A stretch of 64,000 nt of DNA from Eledone cirrhosa (GCA_964016885.1 OZ024743.1:78740001-78804000); one strand, 5' to 3'; counted from the stretch's first letter, positions 27,373 through 40,457 are shown. Numbers and translations are program-made. Notes: generated by a model from the letters alone, not told the origin.

Positions 27373-27870
27373 CATGCTGTCCAAAAGATAAAATTATATT
27401 TAAAAGATATACTAACTAATGTTAGAAATGTTCAATTCTAATTAGTCCATAAATCTACTACTCTATAGTGAGATGTAGTCATATGATTGTTTTGTGGTCC
27501 AGGTAAAATATATTTAGTATATCAGGAAGGTTCTATTATAGTGACAACTGGATGACTGACATTGTAGAGAGTGAGATTTAGAGAGTTTCTAGGAGATATC
27601 TTTAAAGTAACCTACAATAATACTTCATATGTCTTGTTGTAGAGAGTGGGATTTAGAGAGTTTCTAGAAAATATCTTTAAAGTAACCTACAGTAATACTT
27701 TATATGTCAGGTTGTAGAGAATAAGATTTAGAGAGTTTCTAGAAGATATCGTTAAAGTAACCTAGAATAATACATTATATGTAAGGTTGTAGAGAGTGAG
27801 ATTTAGAGAATTTCTAGAAGATATATTTAAAGTAACCTAGAGTAATACTTTAGATTTAGAGAGATTCTAC

Positions 27871-28273
27871 AAGCACCACCGGATCCCAACTTCTAAATTT
27901 AATAGAAATAAGATATAGTAGAATATTTCATGCAATTTCTTTTTGTGAGAATTATCTCTCACTACATTTGTAATAATAATGGAGGCATGATAAGCTTCGC
28001 AAAACGAGTATCAACATAACTTGCGTTTATTTTAGTCCGTGGTAAATAAACGTGCCACGTGGCATGACAAGGTATAATCCTGAATTATAAGATATGGTTG
28101 AAAAAAGGTTAGCATGCTTGTGCTCGATGTGACCAGTTTGAGATGTGCCGTCAAAAGAGAGTATGTGCGGTAGAGAGGTCGAGTGACGTCAGAACACTCC
28201 CTTATATACTGGCCACGGGTAAGTAACTCCAATTAGTTTTTTCTCCCCGGGTAAGGTGGCGCTAGTCGCTACA
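27871..28273 (-). repeat. Gypsy 3' LTR, missing its terminal ~35 bp
   Basis: Matches 33316-33731; begins TGTAGCGAC on the minus strand just after the PPT. Confidence 0.92.
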
Positions 28274-28285
28274 AGGCTCCCCTCC
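28274..28285 (-). promoter_or_regulatory. Polypurine tract
   Basis: GGAGGGGAGCCT immediately precedes the TG of the 3' LTR on the minus strand. Confidence 0.85.
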
Positions 28286-28522
28286 AGACGATAGTCGATA
28301 ATAACCGTAAAGTCATTGTAGCGAGGAGCCGTAGAATAAGGAGCAAGCAAAACAAAAGGTACATAAATTACAATGGTTTGTAACAGAAGCAAAGTATGAA
28401 ATAAGCATGCAGAAAAATGTAACTGGAACAATACAATTCAAAACAGTACAAGGGAGCAAGGAAAATAGTGCTCAAAATAAGTTCAACATTTTTCAAAGTC
28501 AAATAGTTAATGCTACTAGGGG

Positions 28523-29965
28523 TTAGACGAATATTGTTTTTGAGAGTTTCCGTGGCCATATTACTGTCCTGCCACTTCGTGTGACATATGGTTGTGTGGT
28601 ATGTGGTGTTTGCGGTGGAGGTGAAGGTGTGAGAGTGTATATGCGAGGTATATCAGGCAATGATGTGAGACTTTCAGAGAAAGCCTTCTTTGCTCTGTCA
28701 ACGGATATTATCTCTTTTCGACCATTGACAGCCACTGTAAAGTGTGTTGGTGTGTGCGAAAGCACACGAAAAGGTCCTTTATAGCGTGACGTAATTGGTC
28801 CCTTGACGGAATCATTCCGTATAAAATATGTGTCCACGTAGAGATGTCCGATGGGACAGCAGAAGAAATAGACTGGTCACGAGGGTTCATTGGCGGAAGA
28901 TCCGAGAAATACGAACGAATCCTGGTGACATATGATGCTGGGTCAAGATGCGATGAATCCACTGGTGCTAACATTTGTCCAGGAAGAGTCAATGTGGTAC
29001 CATAAAGAAGTTCAGCAGATGAAAAACACAAATCTGTCTTAATGGCAGAACGACAACCAAGAAGCACAATTGGCAAAAATTAGGATCAGCGTTGCGGATC
29101 AGGAGTAGCGCGAAGTGCAGCTTTCAACTGTGTATGAAACCTCTCCACCATTCCATTGGAGGCTGGGTGATAGCTGGTCGTATGTATGTGATTAGCACCC
29201 AAGAGTCGTGATATTTCACGAAATAAGGAAGCTCCGAACTGTCGTCTGCGATCCGTAATTATTTTAGTAGGAACACCAAAGCGAGCAATCCAATTGGAAA
29301 TGAAAGCTCGGGAAACGGACTCTGCTGTTATGTCCACTAGAGGTATGGCTTCAGGCCACCGAGAGAAACGATAGATACAGGTCAATATATATGTGAACCC
29401 ACTACTAACGAGCCAAGGACCAACAATATCCATATGAATATGACGGAAACGTGCGTCTGGCGGGCTGAATTTCCCAAGAGGAGCGCGGACATACCGATAA
29501 ATCTTGGAGCGCTGACACTTCAAACAAGAACGTGATTAAACGACGCATATTAGGCCAGAAAAATCGAGCCGTAATAAGCTTTACCGTGGCAGCTATGCCG
29601 GGATGCGACAAGGAATGAAGTGCATCAAAAACGGTACGTTGATGGCAATCTGGAACAAGTGGTCTGGGTGAGCCAGTAGAAATATCGCAGAAAATCTTTC
29701 CTTTAGCAGACGGAAGAGGTAAATTTTCAAATTTACATCAAGAAAACTGGGTAGAAGAAATGTCCAACGAATCCAAAGTAGGTTGGTCAGTTTCCATGGC
29801 AACCAAATCGATATGTGTAGGAGACGCAAGAGAACACACAGAAAGTCGAGATAATGCGTTCGCGGGTATGTTGGCAGCTCCAGCTATACGACGAATGTCA
29901 CTGGTGTACTGGGAGATGAAATCCAAATGTCTGTATGCCCTCGGAGAGTATCTGTCGGACTTGGT
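28523..29965 (-). pseudogene. pol: Gypsy pol: RNase H C-terminus and integrase (HHCC zinc finger, DDE core, GPY/F), frameshifted
   Basis: DFISQYTSDIR..NALSR; SHPGIAAT..FFWP..KCQRSK; HIHMDIVGP; YHPASNGMVERF; YKGPFRV. Confidence 0.93.
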
Positions 29966-30771
29966 CCATTGATTGGGATTTATACCTCAATGTCGATAAG
30001 TGTTGCCATATGGCAGTGGGTATACCTTATAACTCAGCTCTTACCTTCAACGGTGGCACTGCTCCTTTGAAGGGGTTGAGGAGACTAAAGATCTTGGTCT
30101 GCTGGTCGATTCGTCCTTCAAACTATCAAAACATTGCATTCAAGCCGCAAACAAGGAAAGGAGCTCTCTTTTTCTTATTCGACGCTCCTTTGCCAAACTC
30201 ACTCCAGAAATTTTCAGGCCTCTCTATGTCGCCCTCGTGAGACCGCACCTAGAATATGGCATCCAAGCATCAAACCCATATCTCATCCGGGATATCCATC
30301 ACTTGGAGAGAGTTCAACGACTAACGACTCGAATGGTACAGGGTCTTCATGAGCTGCCCTACGAAAGCCGGCTGCAGAAGCTGAAACTCTTCTCCTTGGA
30401 GCGTCGACGGCTACGAGGGCGATCTCATTTTGGCTTACAATCTCTTCAATGGCCATTACGATCTCCCTCAAGACTCCTATTCACTCCGGCACTTGAAAGG
30501 GGTCTACGTGGACATGACAAAAAGCTGTTCCACCGCCGCTTTCGCCTAAATAGATGGAAAGCTGCTTTCTCGATCCGCATCTCTGGACCCTGGAATCGGC
30601 TTCCAGAAGAAGTAGTCAACGCGTCAACCACGCAACAATTGAAGGCGAAATTGGACTGGTGTTGGACCACTGTGTTTCCGACAGTGTAAACCCCCCCCCC
30701 CATCCTCTCCTTACATTGCATCTTAAGCATCTATGTTTTAATTTCTGCCAAATATATTGAATTGAATTGAA
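29966..30771 (+). mobile_element. 5'-truncated CR1-clade LINE nested in the Gypsy RNase H region, with an (ATTGA)n tail
   Basis: LNVDKC..KDLG..VRPHLEY..LERVQR..FSLERRRLRGD..RGHDKKL..WNRLP motifs; tail at 30756-30774; TTGGT on both sides. Confidence 0.9.
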
Positions 30772-32350
30772 TTGGTTTGAAGATGGTGGAAGTGTCTCAC
30801 AGCAAGATAAACTGCTAAAAGCTCTCTGTCAAAAGTACTGTAACGTTGCTCTGCTGGTTTTATTTGGCCTGTGAAGAACGCCAGTGGTTGAACCTGGTGG
30901 TCGATCGCATGTTGCAAAACTGCTCCAACAGTATGATCGGATGCATCAACAGTTAAAGAAAGTCTCGCGTTTGCAACAGGATGGGCGAGGAAAGAAACTT
31001 CCTCTATCTCAGACTTGACGGATTCAAAAGACTGCAAAGCATCAGCAGAAAGTGAAATAGGAGCATCTTTCTTTTTCGCAGCCTTTAAAAACTGTCAAGG
31101 GGAAAAACTTATCCGCACAGTTAGGAATGAAACGACGATAAAACTTAATTAATCCCAAGAAATGACGTAATTGTTTCAGGGAGGTGGGTGTTGCAATACG
31201 CTGAATCGCTTCTACCTTAGATGGCAAAGGTCGAATGCCTTCCGAATCTATAAGATGTCCAAAGAATTCCAGTGAAGCTGTACCAAACAAACATTTAGCT
31301 GGGTTGATTCTGACTTGGTACGATCGAAGACGTTGAAATAACTGGGATAGATGTTGATGATGGTTTTCAGCTGTGTCACTGGCTATCAGGCGATCATCCA
31401 CGTAAGCAAACACGAAATCCAATCCACGCGTGACTTCATCGATAAAACGTTGGAGCGTGCTAGAGGCATTCCGCAAACCAAAAGGTATGGACAGGAATTC
31501 AAATGAACCAAAGGGGGTGGTCACAGCTGTATTTGGTATATCCTCTGGATTCATGGGTATCTGGTGGTATGCACGTATTAGATCTATTTTTGAAAATATC
31601 TTGCATCCATGCAGAACGGATGAAAAATCCTGTAAATTTGGTGGAGGATAAACGGCCCGGCGTGGTGATGGCATTAAGTCGTCGATAATCTCCCACAGGT
31701 CTAAAATCCGCTTCACCCTTACGAGCCAAGTGAAGCGGAGATACCCATGGGCTGGTGGACGGTCGTATAAGACCGAGCTGAAGCATGTGCTCGAACGCGT
31801 TTCGTGCTTTTTTTAGTCTATCCGGAGCCAACCTTCGTGGACGAGAGAAAACAGGTGGACCTGTTGTTGTAACGAAGTGTTGATTCGAGTGGGCTGCCTG
31901 GGTAGGTTTAAATAAAATATCCGTTAACTCGGGAAACGAAGTAAGGAGTGTATTAAACTGGTTTCCGGCGGCAACCACAAAAAATGACGGTCTGACAGCA
32001 GTAGTGGTAGATTTAAGAGTAGGGGTAGATAAGGATGTGGTACTATCCACAAGTTTCTGGTTCCTGACATCTACCAAAAGTGAATAGTGCTGTAAGAAAT
32101 CCGCACCGAGAATAGGATGAGGTAGATCGGCAATGACAAAAATCCATTTGAAATCTCGACGCAAAGCTAGGTCCAATGATAAAGATATCTGTCCATAAGT
32201 TTTTATAGGAGACTGGTTTACTGCATACAAGGAAATGCCGGAAAGAGTTTGCTTGTTAGAGTTGAACCGTAAGGGCCAAATACTGCAACTAGATCCTGTG
32301 TCCACCATAAATGATCAATTCGAGACTCGGTCTCTGATAAAGAAAGCACG
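30772..32350 (-). pseudogene. pol: Gypsy pol: aspartic protease, reverse transcriptase and RNase H N-terminal part, frameshifted
   Basis: VDTGS; SPWVSPLH..GDYRRLN; FSKIDL..AYHQIP; YVDD; VDASD..GAVL..YSTFDRELLA. Confidence 0.95.
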
Positions 32351-32409
32351 ATAGGGTGAATTAATGAGGGAGAGATCTGCCGTGCCCAGACTCTCCAATT
32401 TTAGTTTTC

Positions 32410-33177
32410 CGAGGTCTCGAAAGAGCAGGGCTGAATACAATGTTTCGCCTTTTCACGAAAACGCATGTGATACTAACACAAAGACGAGTTGTTGGTGGGG
32501 AGGTTGGCGCGACGGTGAAAGGAAGAAGACCGACTTCGTGAACGCCGTCTAGATGGCGTTCGATCCCTACATAGTTTAGCTACTTGCCTAGTTAACACAT
32601 CAATGGCTCTCAACATAGAGTCCTCACGAGGTGAAGAAGGCTGGGTTTTGAAAGCAGAAGAAGCGACGACCAAATCTGCCGAGGTAGGTGTCCTAGAAAA
32701 CTCCATAATTCTGTACGCAGAGGCAGAAATTTGTTCTATCGAACTGGTGTCAACCATATTCGCCAATATGGTTTGCACATTAGTTGGTAAACGGGAGAAG
32801 AATAACTTTTTTACGAAGGAACTGTCTTCGAGCGCAGCATCACTGAGTTCACGGATACGCCGTAAAAACTCTGTAGGAGTTCTGTCCCCCAGATTTTCAT
32901 CCTCTAATAAAGAACGAAATTTACTCTCAGACGACCTACTATTCCTACTCAGTACCTCTATCTTCAGAGACTCGTAGGAAACGCTTTGATTATGTCTTTT
33001 ACTGTAATTGCTAGTGAAGCTGGAATTCCGCTGATTAGCACGTTTAATTTTTGCTGTTTTTCCTGTACCCCGTTGACCGTAAAATACGCATCGAGCTGGG
33101 CGAACCACAATTTGGCATCGCCAGAATGCGCTGGTAACGATGTGTTGCTCATGATGAAATTTGGTCGAGAGAGATGA
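32410..33177 (-). pseudogene. gag: Gypsy gag, frameshifted, with a CHCC-type knuckle
   Basis: LWFAQLDAYF; LGDRTPTEFLRR; C*YHMRFREKAKHCIQPC. Confidence 0.85.
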
Positions 33178-33188
33178 TTTTCTTTTTC

Positions 33189-33267
33189 AAAACGTCCGGA
33201 GAAATTATATATTCAAACGTCGGTAGAAATTATTTGTTCAGACGTCGATAGAAATTATATGTTCAAA
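33189..33267. repeat. ~25-bp repeat x3 in the Gypsy leader
   Basis: AAACGTCGGTAGAAATTATATGTTC-like units between the PBS and gag. Confidence 0.7.
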
Positions 33268-33278
33268 CGGGGTCACCA
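33268..33278 (-). promoter_or_regulatory. Primer-binding site, probably for tRNA-Trp
   Basis: TGGTGACCCCG 2 bp inside the 5' LTR boundary; complementary to the eukaryotic tRNA-Trp 3' end ...CGGGGTCA-CCA. Confidence 0.8.
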
Positions 33279-33280
33279 CT

Positions 33281-33731
33281 TTTAGTGAGTTGGTCCCAGG
33301 GTTACTTACTCCAGTAAGCACCACCGGATCCCAACTACTAAATTTAATAGAAATAAGATATATTAGAATTGTTCATACAATTTCTTTTTGTGACAATTAT
33401 CTCTCACTACATTTGAAATAATAACTGAGGCATGATAAGCTTCTCAAAACGAGTATCAACATAACTTGCGTTTATTTTAGTCCATGTATTACAAATGTGG
33501 TAAATAAATGTGCCACGTGGCATGACAAGGTATAATCCTGAATTATAAGATATGGTTGAAATAAGGTTAGGATGCTTGCCCTCAATGTGACCAGTTTAAG
33601 AGATGCCGCCAAAAGAGAGTATGTGTGGAAAAGAGGTCGAGTGACGTCAGAACACTCCCTTATATACTGGCCACGGAGAAGTAACTCCAATTAGTTTTTT
33701 CTCCCCGAACAAGGTGCCGCTAGTCGCTACA
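33281..33731 (-). repeat. Gypsy 5' LTR (~451 bp)
   Basis: TGTAGCGAC...CTCACTAAA (mutated CA end); TATATAA and AATAAA on the minus strand. Confidence 0.9.
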
Positions 33732-35178
33732 CTTCATATTTAAGGTTGTTGAGAGTGAGATTTAGAAAGTTTCTAGAAGATATCTTTAAAGTAACCTAGA
33801 GTAATACTTTATATGTAAGGTTGTAGAGATTGAAAAGTTATGAAGGAAAGATTATTGTATTTCAGAATTTATATTTTGAAAAAGTTTAATTAATATTTAG
33901 AAAAATAAAGAATAAAAAAGAGACAAATAAAAAAAATTATACAATAAAAATGAGCATAAAGGAAGAAAAATATAGCTTGAACTTGGATGAAACCAATGTG
34001 TTCATTTGGTGATTGGTGATAATTAACCACTCGGCCATTGGGATAATATCCTGACCAGATTAAATGTAGTTTTGTAATCACTTCTGGTCCCGTGGTCCAC
34101 AAAAAAATTGTACTCAGATCAATATTTTCGGCGAAATCTTCTGAAGGCGGTGTCCGAGCATGTCAGCCGTACAATCACAGAAATCGTAAGAATAAATAAA
34201 ATAAATGACAACTTGAAGGAAAAGTACTTTGATTGTTTTGTGGTCCGGGTAAAATATATTTAGTATATCAGGAAGGATCTATTGTCTTATCTACTGGATA
34301 ACTCACATTGAAGAGTGTGAGATTTAGAGAGTTTCTAGAAGATATCTTTAAAGTAACCTACAGTAATACTTTATATTTAAGGTTGTAGAGAGTGAGAATT
34401 AGAGAGTTTCTACAAGAAAATTAAAAAAAACCTAGAGTAATACATTATATGTAAGGTTGTAGAGAGTGAGATTTAGAGAGATTCTATGAGAAATCTTTAA
34501 AGTAACCGACAGTAATACTTTATATGTTAGGTCTTAGAGAGTGAGATTTAGAGAGTTTCTAGAAGAAATCTTTAAAGTAACCTAGATGTAATACTTTATA
34601 TTTAAGGTGGTAGAGATTGAGATTTGGAGAGTTTCTAGAAGATATCTTCAAAGTAACCTAGAGTAATACTCTATATTTAAGGTTGTAGAGATTGAGATTT
34701 GGAGAGATTCTAGAGGATATCTTTCAAGTAACCTAGTGTAATACTTTATATTTAAGGTGGTAGAGAGTGAGATTTAGAGAGTTTCTAGAAAATATGTTTA
34801 AAGAAACATACAATAATACTTTATATGTCAGATTATAGAGAGTTAGATTTAGAGAGTTTCTACAAGAAATCTTTAAAGTAACCTACTGTAATACTTTATA
34901 TATCAGGTTATAGAGAGTGAGATTTAGAGAGTTTCTAGAAGATATCTTTAAAGTAACCTACAGTAACACTTTATATGTCAGATTGTAGAGAGTGAGATTT
35001 AGAGAACGTTCTAGAAAATATCTTTAAAGTAACCTAGAATAATACTTTATATGTAAGTTTGTAGACATTGAAAAGTTATGAAATAAAGATTGTTGGAATT
35101 AAGAATTTATAATTTGAAGAAGTTTAATTAATATTTAGAAAAACAAAGAATAAAAAAGAGAGTAAAGAAAAAAAGATG

Positions 35179-35261
35179 TAGCTTGAATTTGGATCAATCC
35201 CATGTGGTCATTTGGTCATAGGTGATAATGTCTAATACATTAACCACTCGGCGATTGGTAT
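35179..35261 (-). pseudogene. 'Ghost' tRNA-Leu relic, undeleted 83-nt form (example from the inverted arm)
   Basis: Ungapped alignment to the array tRNA-Leu at about two-thirds identity; retains GCCGAGTGGTTAA. Confidence 0.8.
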
Positions 35262-35446
35262 AAAGTCCTGACCAGATTAAACTGTGTTTCATAATCAGTT
35301 GTGGTGCCGTGGTCGACAAAATAATTGTGTTCGGATCGATATTTTCAGCTAAATCTTCTGAAGGCAGTGCCTGAGCATGTCAGCCATACAATCACAGGAT
35401 TCAATAGAATAAATAAAATAAAGGACAACATGAAATAAATAGAATT

Positions 35447-35529
35447 TAGCACTAGTGGGGTTCGAATCCACGTTGACATTTGTCCATAGAAACTTAAGTC
35501 CAACGCCTTAACCACTCGGTCATCATGCT
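35447..35529 (-). pseudogene. trnL-TAA: tRNA-Leu(TAA) pseudogene (reverse copy 2)
   Basis: Multiple stem mismatches. Confidence 0.8.
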
Positions 35530-37305
35530 CATATCTTTCAAAATATAAAATTATATTTAAAAGCTATACTAACTAATATTAGGTATGTTAAATTCTAATT
35601 AGTTCATAAATCTACTACTATATAGTGAGATATATTCATATGATTGTTTTGTGGTCCTGGTAAAATACATTAAGTATAACAGGGTGGTTCTATTATATTG
35701 ACAACTGTATGACTGACATTGTAGAGAATGAGATTTAGAGAGCTCCTAGAAGATATCTTTAAAGTAACCTACAATAATACTTAATATTTAAGGTGGTAGA
35801 GAGTGAGATTTAGGGAGTTTCTAGAAGATATCTTTAAAGTAACCTAGAATAATACTTTATATGTCAGATTTTAGTGAGAGAGATTTAGAGAGTTTCTAAA
35901 AGAAATCTTTCAAGTAACCCACAGTAATACTTTATATCTTAGGCTGTCGAGAATGAGAATTAGAGGACGTTCTAGAAGATATCTTGAAAGTAACCTACAA
36001 TAATAGATGATATGTAAGTTTGTAGAAATATAAAAGTTATGAAATATAGATTATTGGATTGAAGAATTTATATTTTGAAGAAGTTTAATTAATATTTAGA
36101 AAAATAAAGAATAAAAACGACACAATTAACAAAAAATAGTCAAGAAAAATGAGAATAAAGAATAAAAGATGTAGCTTGAATTTGGTTCAAACCCATGTGG
36201 TCATTTGGACATAGGTGATAATGTCTAATACATTAATCACTCGGCGATTGGTATAAAATCTTGACCAGAAAACTGAGTTTCATAATCAGTTGTGGTCCAG
36301 GGATCCACAAAAATATTGTGCTCAGATCAATATTTTCAGTGAAATCTTCTGAAGGGTGTGCCTGAGCATGTCAGCAGTACAGAGAGTTTCTAGAAGATAT
36401 ATTTAAAGTAACCTACAGTAATACTTTATGTCAGGTTGTACAGAGTGAGATCTAGAGAGTTTCTAAGAGATATCTTTAAAGTAACCTACAGTAATACTTT
36501 ATATTTCAGATTGTAGAGAGTGAGGTTCAGAGAGTTTCTAGAAAATATCTTTAAAATAACCTACAGTAATACATTATATGTCAGGTTGTAGAGAGTAAGA
36601 TTTAGAGAGTTTCTAGAAGATATCTTTCAAATAACCTACAGTAATACTTCATATTTAAGGTTGTAGAGAGTGAGATTTAGTGAGTTTCTAGAAGATATCT
36701 TTCAAGTAAGCTACAATAATAATTTATATCTCAGGTTGTAGAGAGTGTGATTCAGGAAGTTTCTAGAAGAACACTTTAAAGGAACCTACAGTAATACTTT
36801 ATATGTATGGTTGTAGAGAGTGAGATTTAGAGAGTTTCTAGAAAATATCTTTAACGTAAACCTAGAATAATACATTATATGTAAGTTTATAGAGATTGAA
36901 AAGTTATGAAAGAAAGATTATTGGATTTAAGAATTTATATTTTGAAGAAGTTTAATTAATAATTAGAAAAATAAAGAATGAAAAGGAGACAAATAACAAA
37001 AAATATACAATAAAAATGAGAGTAAAGGAAAAAAGATGTAGCTTGTATTTGGATCAAACCCATGTGGTCATTTGGTCATAGGTGATAATGTCTCATATAT
37101 TAACCACTCGGCGATTGGTATAAAATACTGACCAGATTAAACTGAGTTTCATAATCAGTTGTGGTCCCGTGGTCGACAAAAAATTGGGCTCGGATCAATA
37201 TTTGCAGTGAAATCTTCTGAAGGTGGTGCCCGAGTATGTCAGCCATACAAAAACAGGAATCAATAGAATAAATAAAATAAATGACAACTTGAAGAAAACA
37301 TAATT

Positions 37306-37388
37306 TAGCACGAGTGGGTTTCGAACCCACGCAGATATTTGTCCATTTGAACAAAAGTCCAACGCCTTAACCACTCGGCCATCGTGTT
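37306..37388 (-). pseudogene. tRNA-Leu body with TTT anticodon (reverse copy 3)
   Basis: Loop CTTTTGT; A and B boxes intact; G2A, C41A and variable-arm mismatches. Confidence 0.75.
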
Positions 37389-38515
37389 CAGATTGTTCCA
37401 GATATAAAATTATATTTAAAAGCTATACTAATTAATGTTAGGTATGTTAAATACTAATTAATTCATTAGTGTACTACTATATAGTGAGATATAGTCATAT
37501 GATTGTTTTGTGGTCCTAGTAAAATATATTAAGTATAACAGGAATGTTCTATTATATTCACAACTGGATGACTGACATTGTAGAGAGTGAGATTTAGAGA
37601 GTTTCTAGAAGATATTTTAAAGTAACCTACAATAATACTTTATATGTCAGGTTGTAGAGAGAGAGTTTTAGAGAGTTTCTAGAAGATGTCTTTAAAACAA
37701 CCTACAATAATATTTATCTCTAGTGTTGTAGAGAGTGAGATTTAGAGAGTTTCTAGAAGATATCTTTAAAATAACCTAGAATAATACTTTATATGTCAGG
37801 TTATAGAGAGTGAGATTTAGAGAGTTTCTAGAAGATATATTTAAAGTAACCTACAGTGATACATCATATGTCAGGTTGTAGAGAGTAAGATTTAGAGAGT
37901 TTCTAGGAGATATCTTTCAAGTAACCTACAATAATACTTCATATGTCAGGTTGTAGAGAGTGAGATTCAGAGAGTTTCTACAAGGAATTTTTAAAGGAAC
38001 CTACAGTAATACATTATATGTAAGGTTGTAGAGAGTGTGATTTACAGAGTTGCTAGAAAATATTTTTAAGTAGCCTAGAATAATACATTATATGTAAGTT
38101 TGTAGAGATTGAAAATTTATGAAAGGAAGATTATTGGATTTAAAAATTTATATTTTGAAGAAGTTTAATTAATAATTAGAAAAATAAAGAATGAAAAAGA
38201 GACAAATAACAAAAAATATACAATAAAAATGTGAGTAAAGGAAAAATGAGGTAGCCTGAATTCGGATCAAACCAATGTGGTCATTTGGTCATAGGTCATA
38301 ATGTCTAATACATTAACCACTCGGCGATTGGTATAAAATACTGACCAGATTAAGCTGTTTCATAATCAGTTGTCATCCTGTGGTCGACAAAAAATTGTGC
38401 TCGGATCAATATTTCCTGCTAAATCTTCTGAAGTCAGTGCCAAGCATGTCAGCCTTACAATAAGAGGAATCAATAGAATAAATTAAATAAATGACAACTT
38501 GAAGAAAAAATAATT

Positions 38516-38598
38516 TAACATGAGCGGGTTTCAAACCCACGCGGACATTTATCCATTGGAACTTAAGTCCAACGCCTTAACCACTCGGTCATCATGCT
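38516..38598 (-). pseudogene. trnL-TAA: tRNA-Leu(TAA) pseudogene (reverse copy 4)
   Basis: B box GTTTGAA and stem mismatches. Confidence 0.8.
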
Positions 38599-40374
38599 CA
38601 TATCTTTCAAAATATAAAATTATATTTAAAAGCTATACTAACTAATATTAGGTATGTTAAATTCTAATTAGTTCATAAATCTACTACTATATAGTGAGAT
38701 ATATTCATATGATTGTTTTGTGGTCCTGGTAAAATACATTAAGTATAACAGGGTGGTTCTATTATATTGACAACTGTATGACTGACATTGTAGAGAATGA
38801 GATTTAGAGAGCTCCTAGAAGATATCTTTAAAGTAACCTACAATAATACTTAATATTTAAGGTGGTAGAGAGTGAGATTTAGGGAGTTTCTAGAAGATAT
38901 CTTTAAAGTAACCTAGAATAATACTTTATATGTCAGATTTTAGTGAGAGAGATTTAGAGAGTTTCTAAAAGAAATCTTTCAAGTAACCCACAGTAATACT
39001 TTATATCTCAGGCTGTCGAGAATGAGAATTAGAGGACGTTCTAGAAGATATCTTGAAAGTAACCTACAATAATAGATTATATGTAAGTTTGTAGAAATAT
39101 AAAAGTTATGAAATATAGATTATTGGATTGAAGAATTTATATTTTGAAGAAGTTTAATTAATATTTAGAAAAATAAAGAATAAAAACGACACAATTAACA
39201 AAAAATAGTCAAGAAAAATGAGAATAAAGAATAAAAGATGTAGCTTGAATTTGGTTCAAACCCATGTGGTCATTTGGACATAGGTGATAATGTCTAATAC
39301 ATTAATCACTCGGCGATTGGTATAAAATCTTGACCAGAAAACTGAGTTTCATAATCAGTTGTGGTCCAGGGATCCACAAAAATATTGTGCTCAGATCAAT
39401 ATTTTCAGTGAAATCTTCTGAAGGGTGTGCCTGAGCATGTCAGCAGTACAGAGAGTTTCTAGAAGATATATTTAAAGTAACCTACAGTAATACTTTATGT
39501 CAGGTTGTACAGAGTGAGATCTAGAGAGTTTCTAAGAGATATCTTTAAAGTAACCTACAGTAATACTTTATATTTCAGATTGTAGAGAGTGAGGTTCAGA
39601 GAGTTTCTAGAAAATATCTTTAAAATAACCTACAGTAATACATTATATGTCAGGTTGTAGAGAGTAAGATTTAGAGAGTTTCTAGAAGATATCTTTCAAA
39701 TAACCTACAGTAATACTTCATATTTAAGGTTGTAGAGAGTGAGATTTAGTGAGTTTCTAGAAGATATCTTTCAAGTAAGCTACAATAATAATTTATATCT
39801 CAGGTTGTAGAGAGCGTGATTCAGGAAGTTTCTAGAAGAACACTTTAAAGGAACCTACAGTAATACTTTATATGTATGGTTGTAGAGAGTGAGATTTAGA
39901 GAGTTTCTAGAAAATATCTTTAACGTAAACCTAGAATAATACATTATATGTAAGTTTATAGAGATTGAAAAGTTATGAAAGAAAGATTATTGGATTTAAG
40001 AATTTATATTTTGAAGAAGTTTAATTAATAATTAGAAAAATAAAGAATGAAAAGGAGACAAATAACAAAAAATATACAATAAAAATGAGAGTAAAGGAAA
40101 AAAGATGTAGCTTGTATTTGGATCAAACCCATGTGGTCATTTGGTCATAGGTGATAATGTCTCATATATTAACCACTCGGCGATTGGTATAAAATACTGA
40201 CCAGATTAAACTGAGTTTCATAATCAGTTGTGGTCCCGTGGTCGACAAAAAATTGGGCTCGGATCAATATTTGCAGTGAAATCTTCTGAAGGTGGTGCCC
40301 GAGTATGTCAGCCATACAAAAACAGGAATCAATAGAATAAATAAAATAAATGACAACTTGAAGAAAACATAATT

Positions 40375-40457
40375 TAGCACGAGTGGGTTTCGAACCCACG
40401 CAGATATTTGTCCATTTGAACAAAAGTCCAACGCCTTCACCACTCGGCCATCGTGTT
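40375..40457 (-). pseudogene. tRNA-Leu body with TTT anticodon (reverse copy 5)
   Basis: Higher-order-repeat duplicate of 37306-37388. Confidence 0.75.

Larger units (their letters stand above)
27871..33731 (-). mobile_element. Ty3/Gypsy LTR retrotransposon, near full length and inactive
   Basis: Two LTRs, PBS, PPT and domain order gag-PR-RT-RH-INT, with many frameshifts and stops. Confidence 0.96.

Noticed and set aside
26000-27870. Inversion as a long-read foldback chimera
   Set aside because: The arms are not mirror-identical: the reverse arm has diagnostic indels, higher divergence and its own insertion
32364-33177. Plus-strand ORFs over Gypsy gag and other antisense ORFs over transposons
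   Set aside because: Shadows of transposon coding frames with no independent motifs
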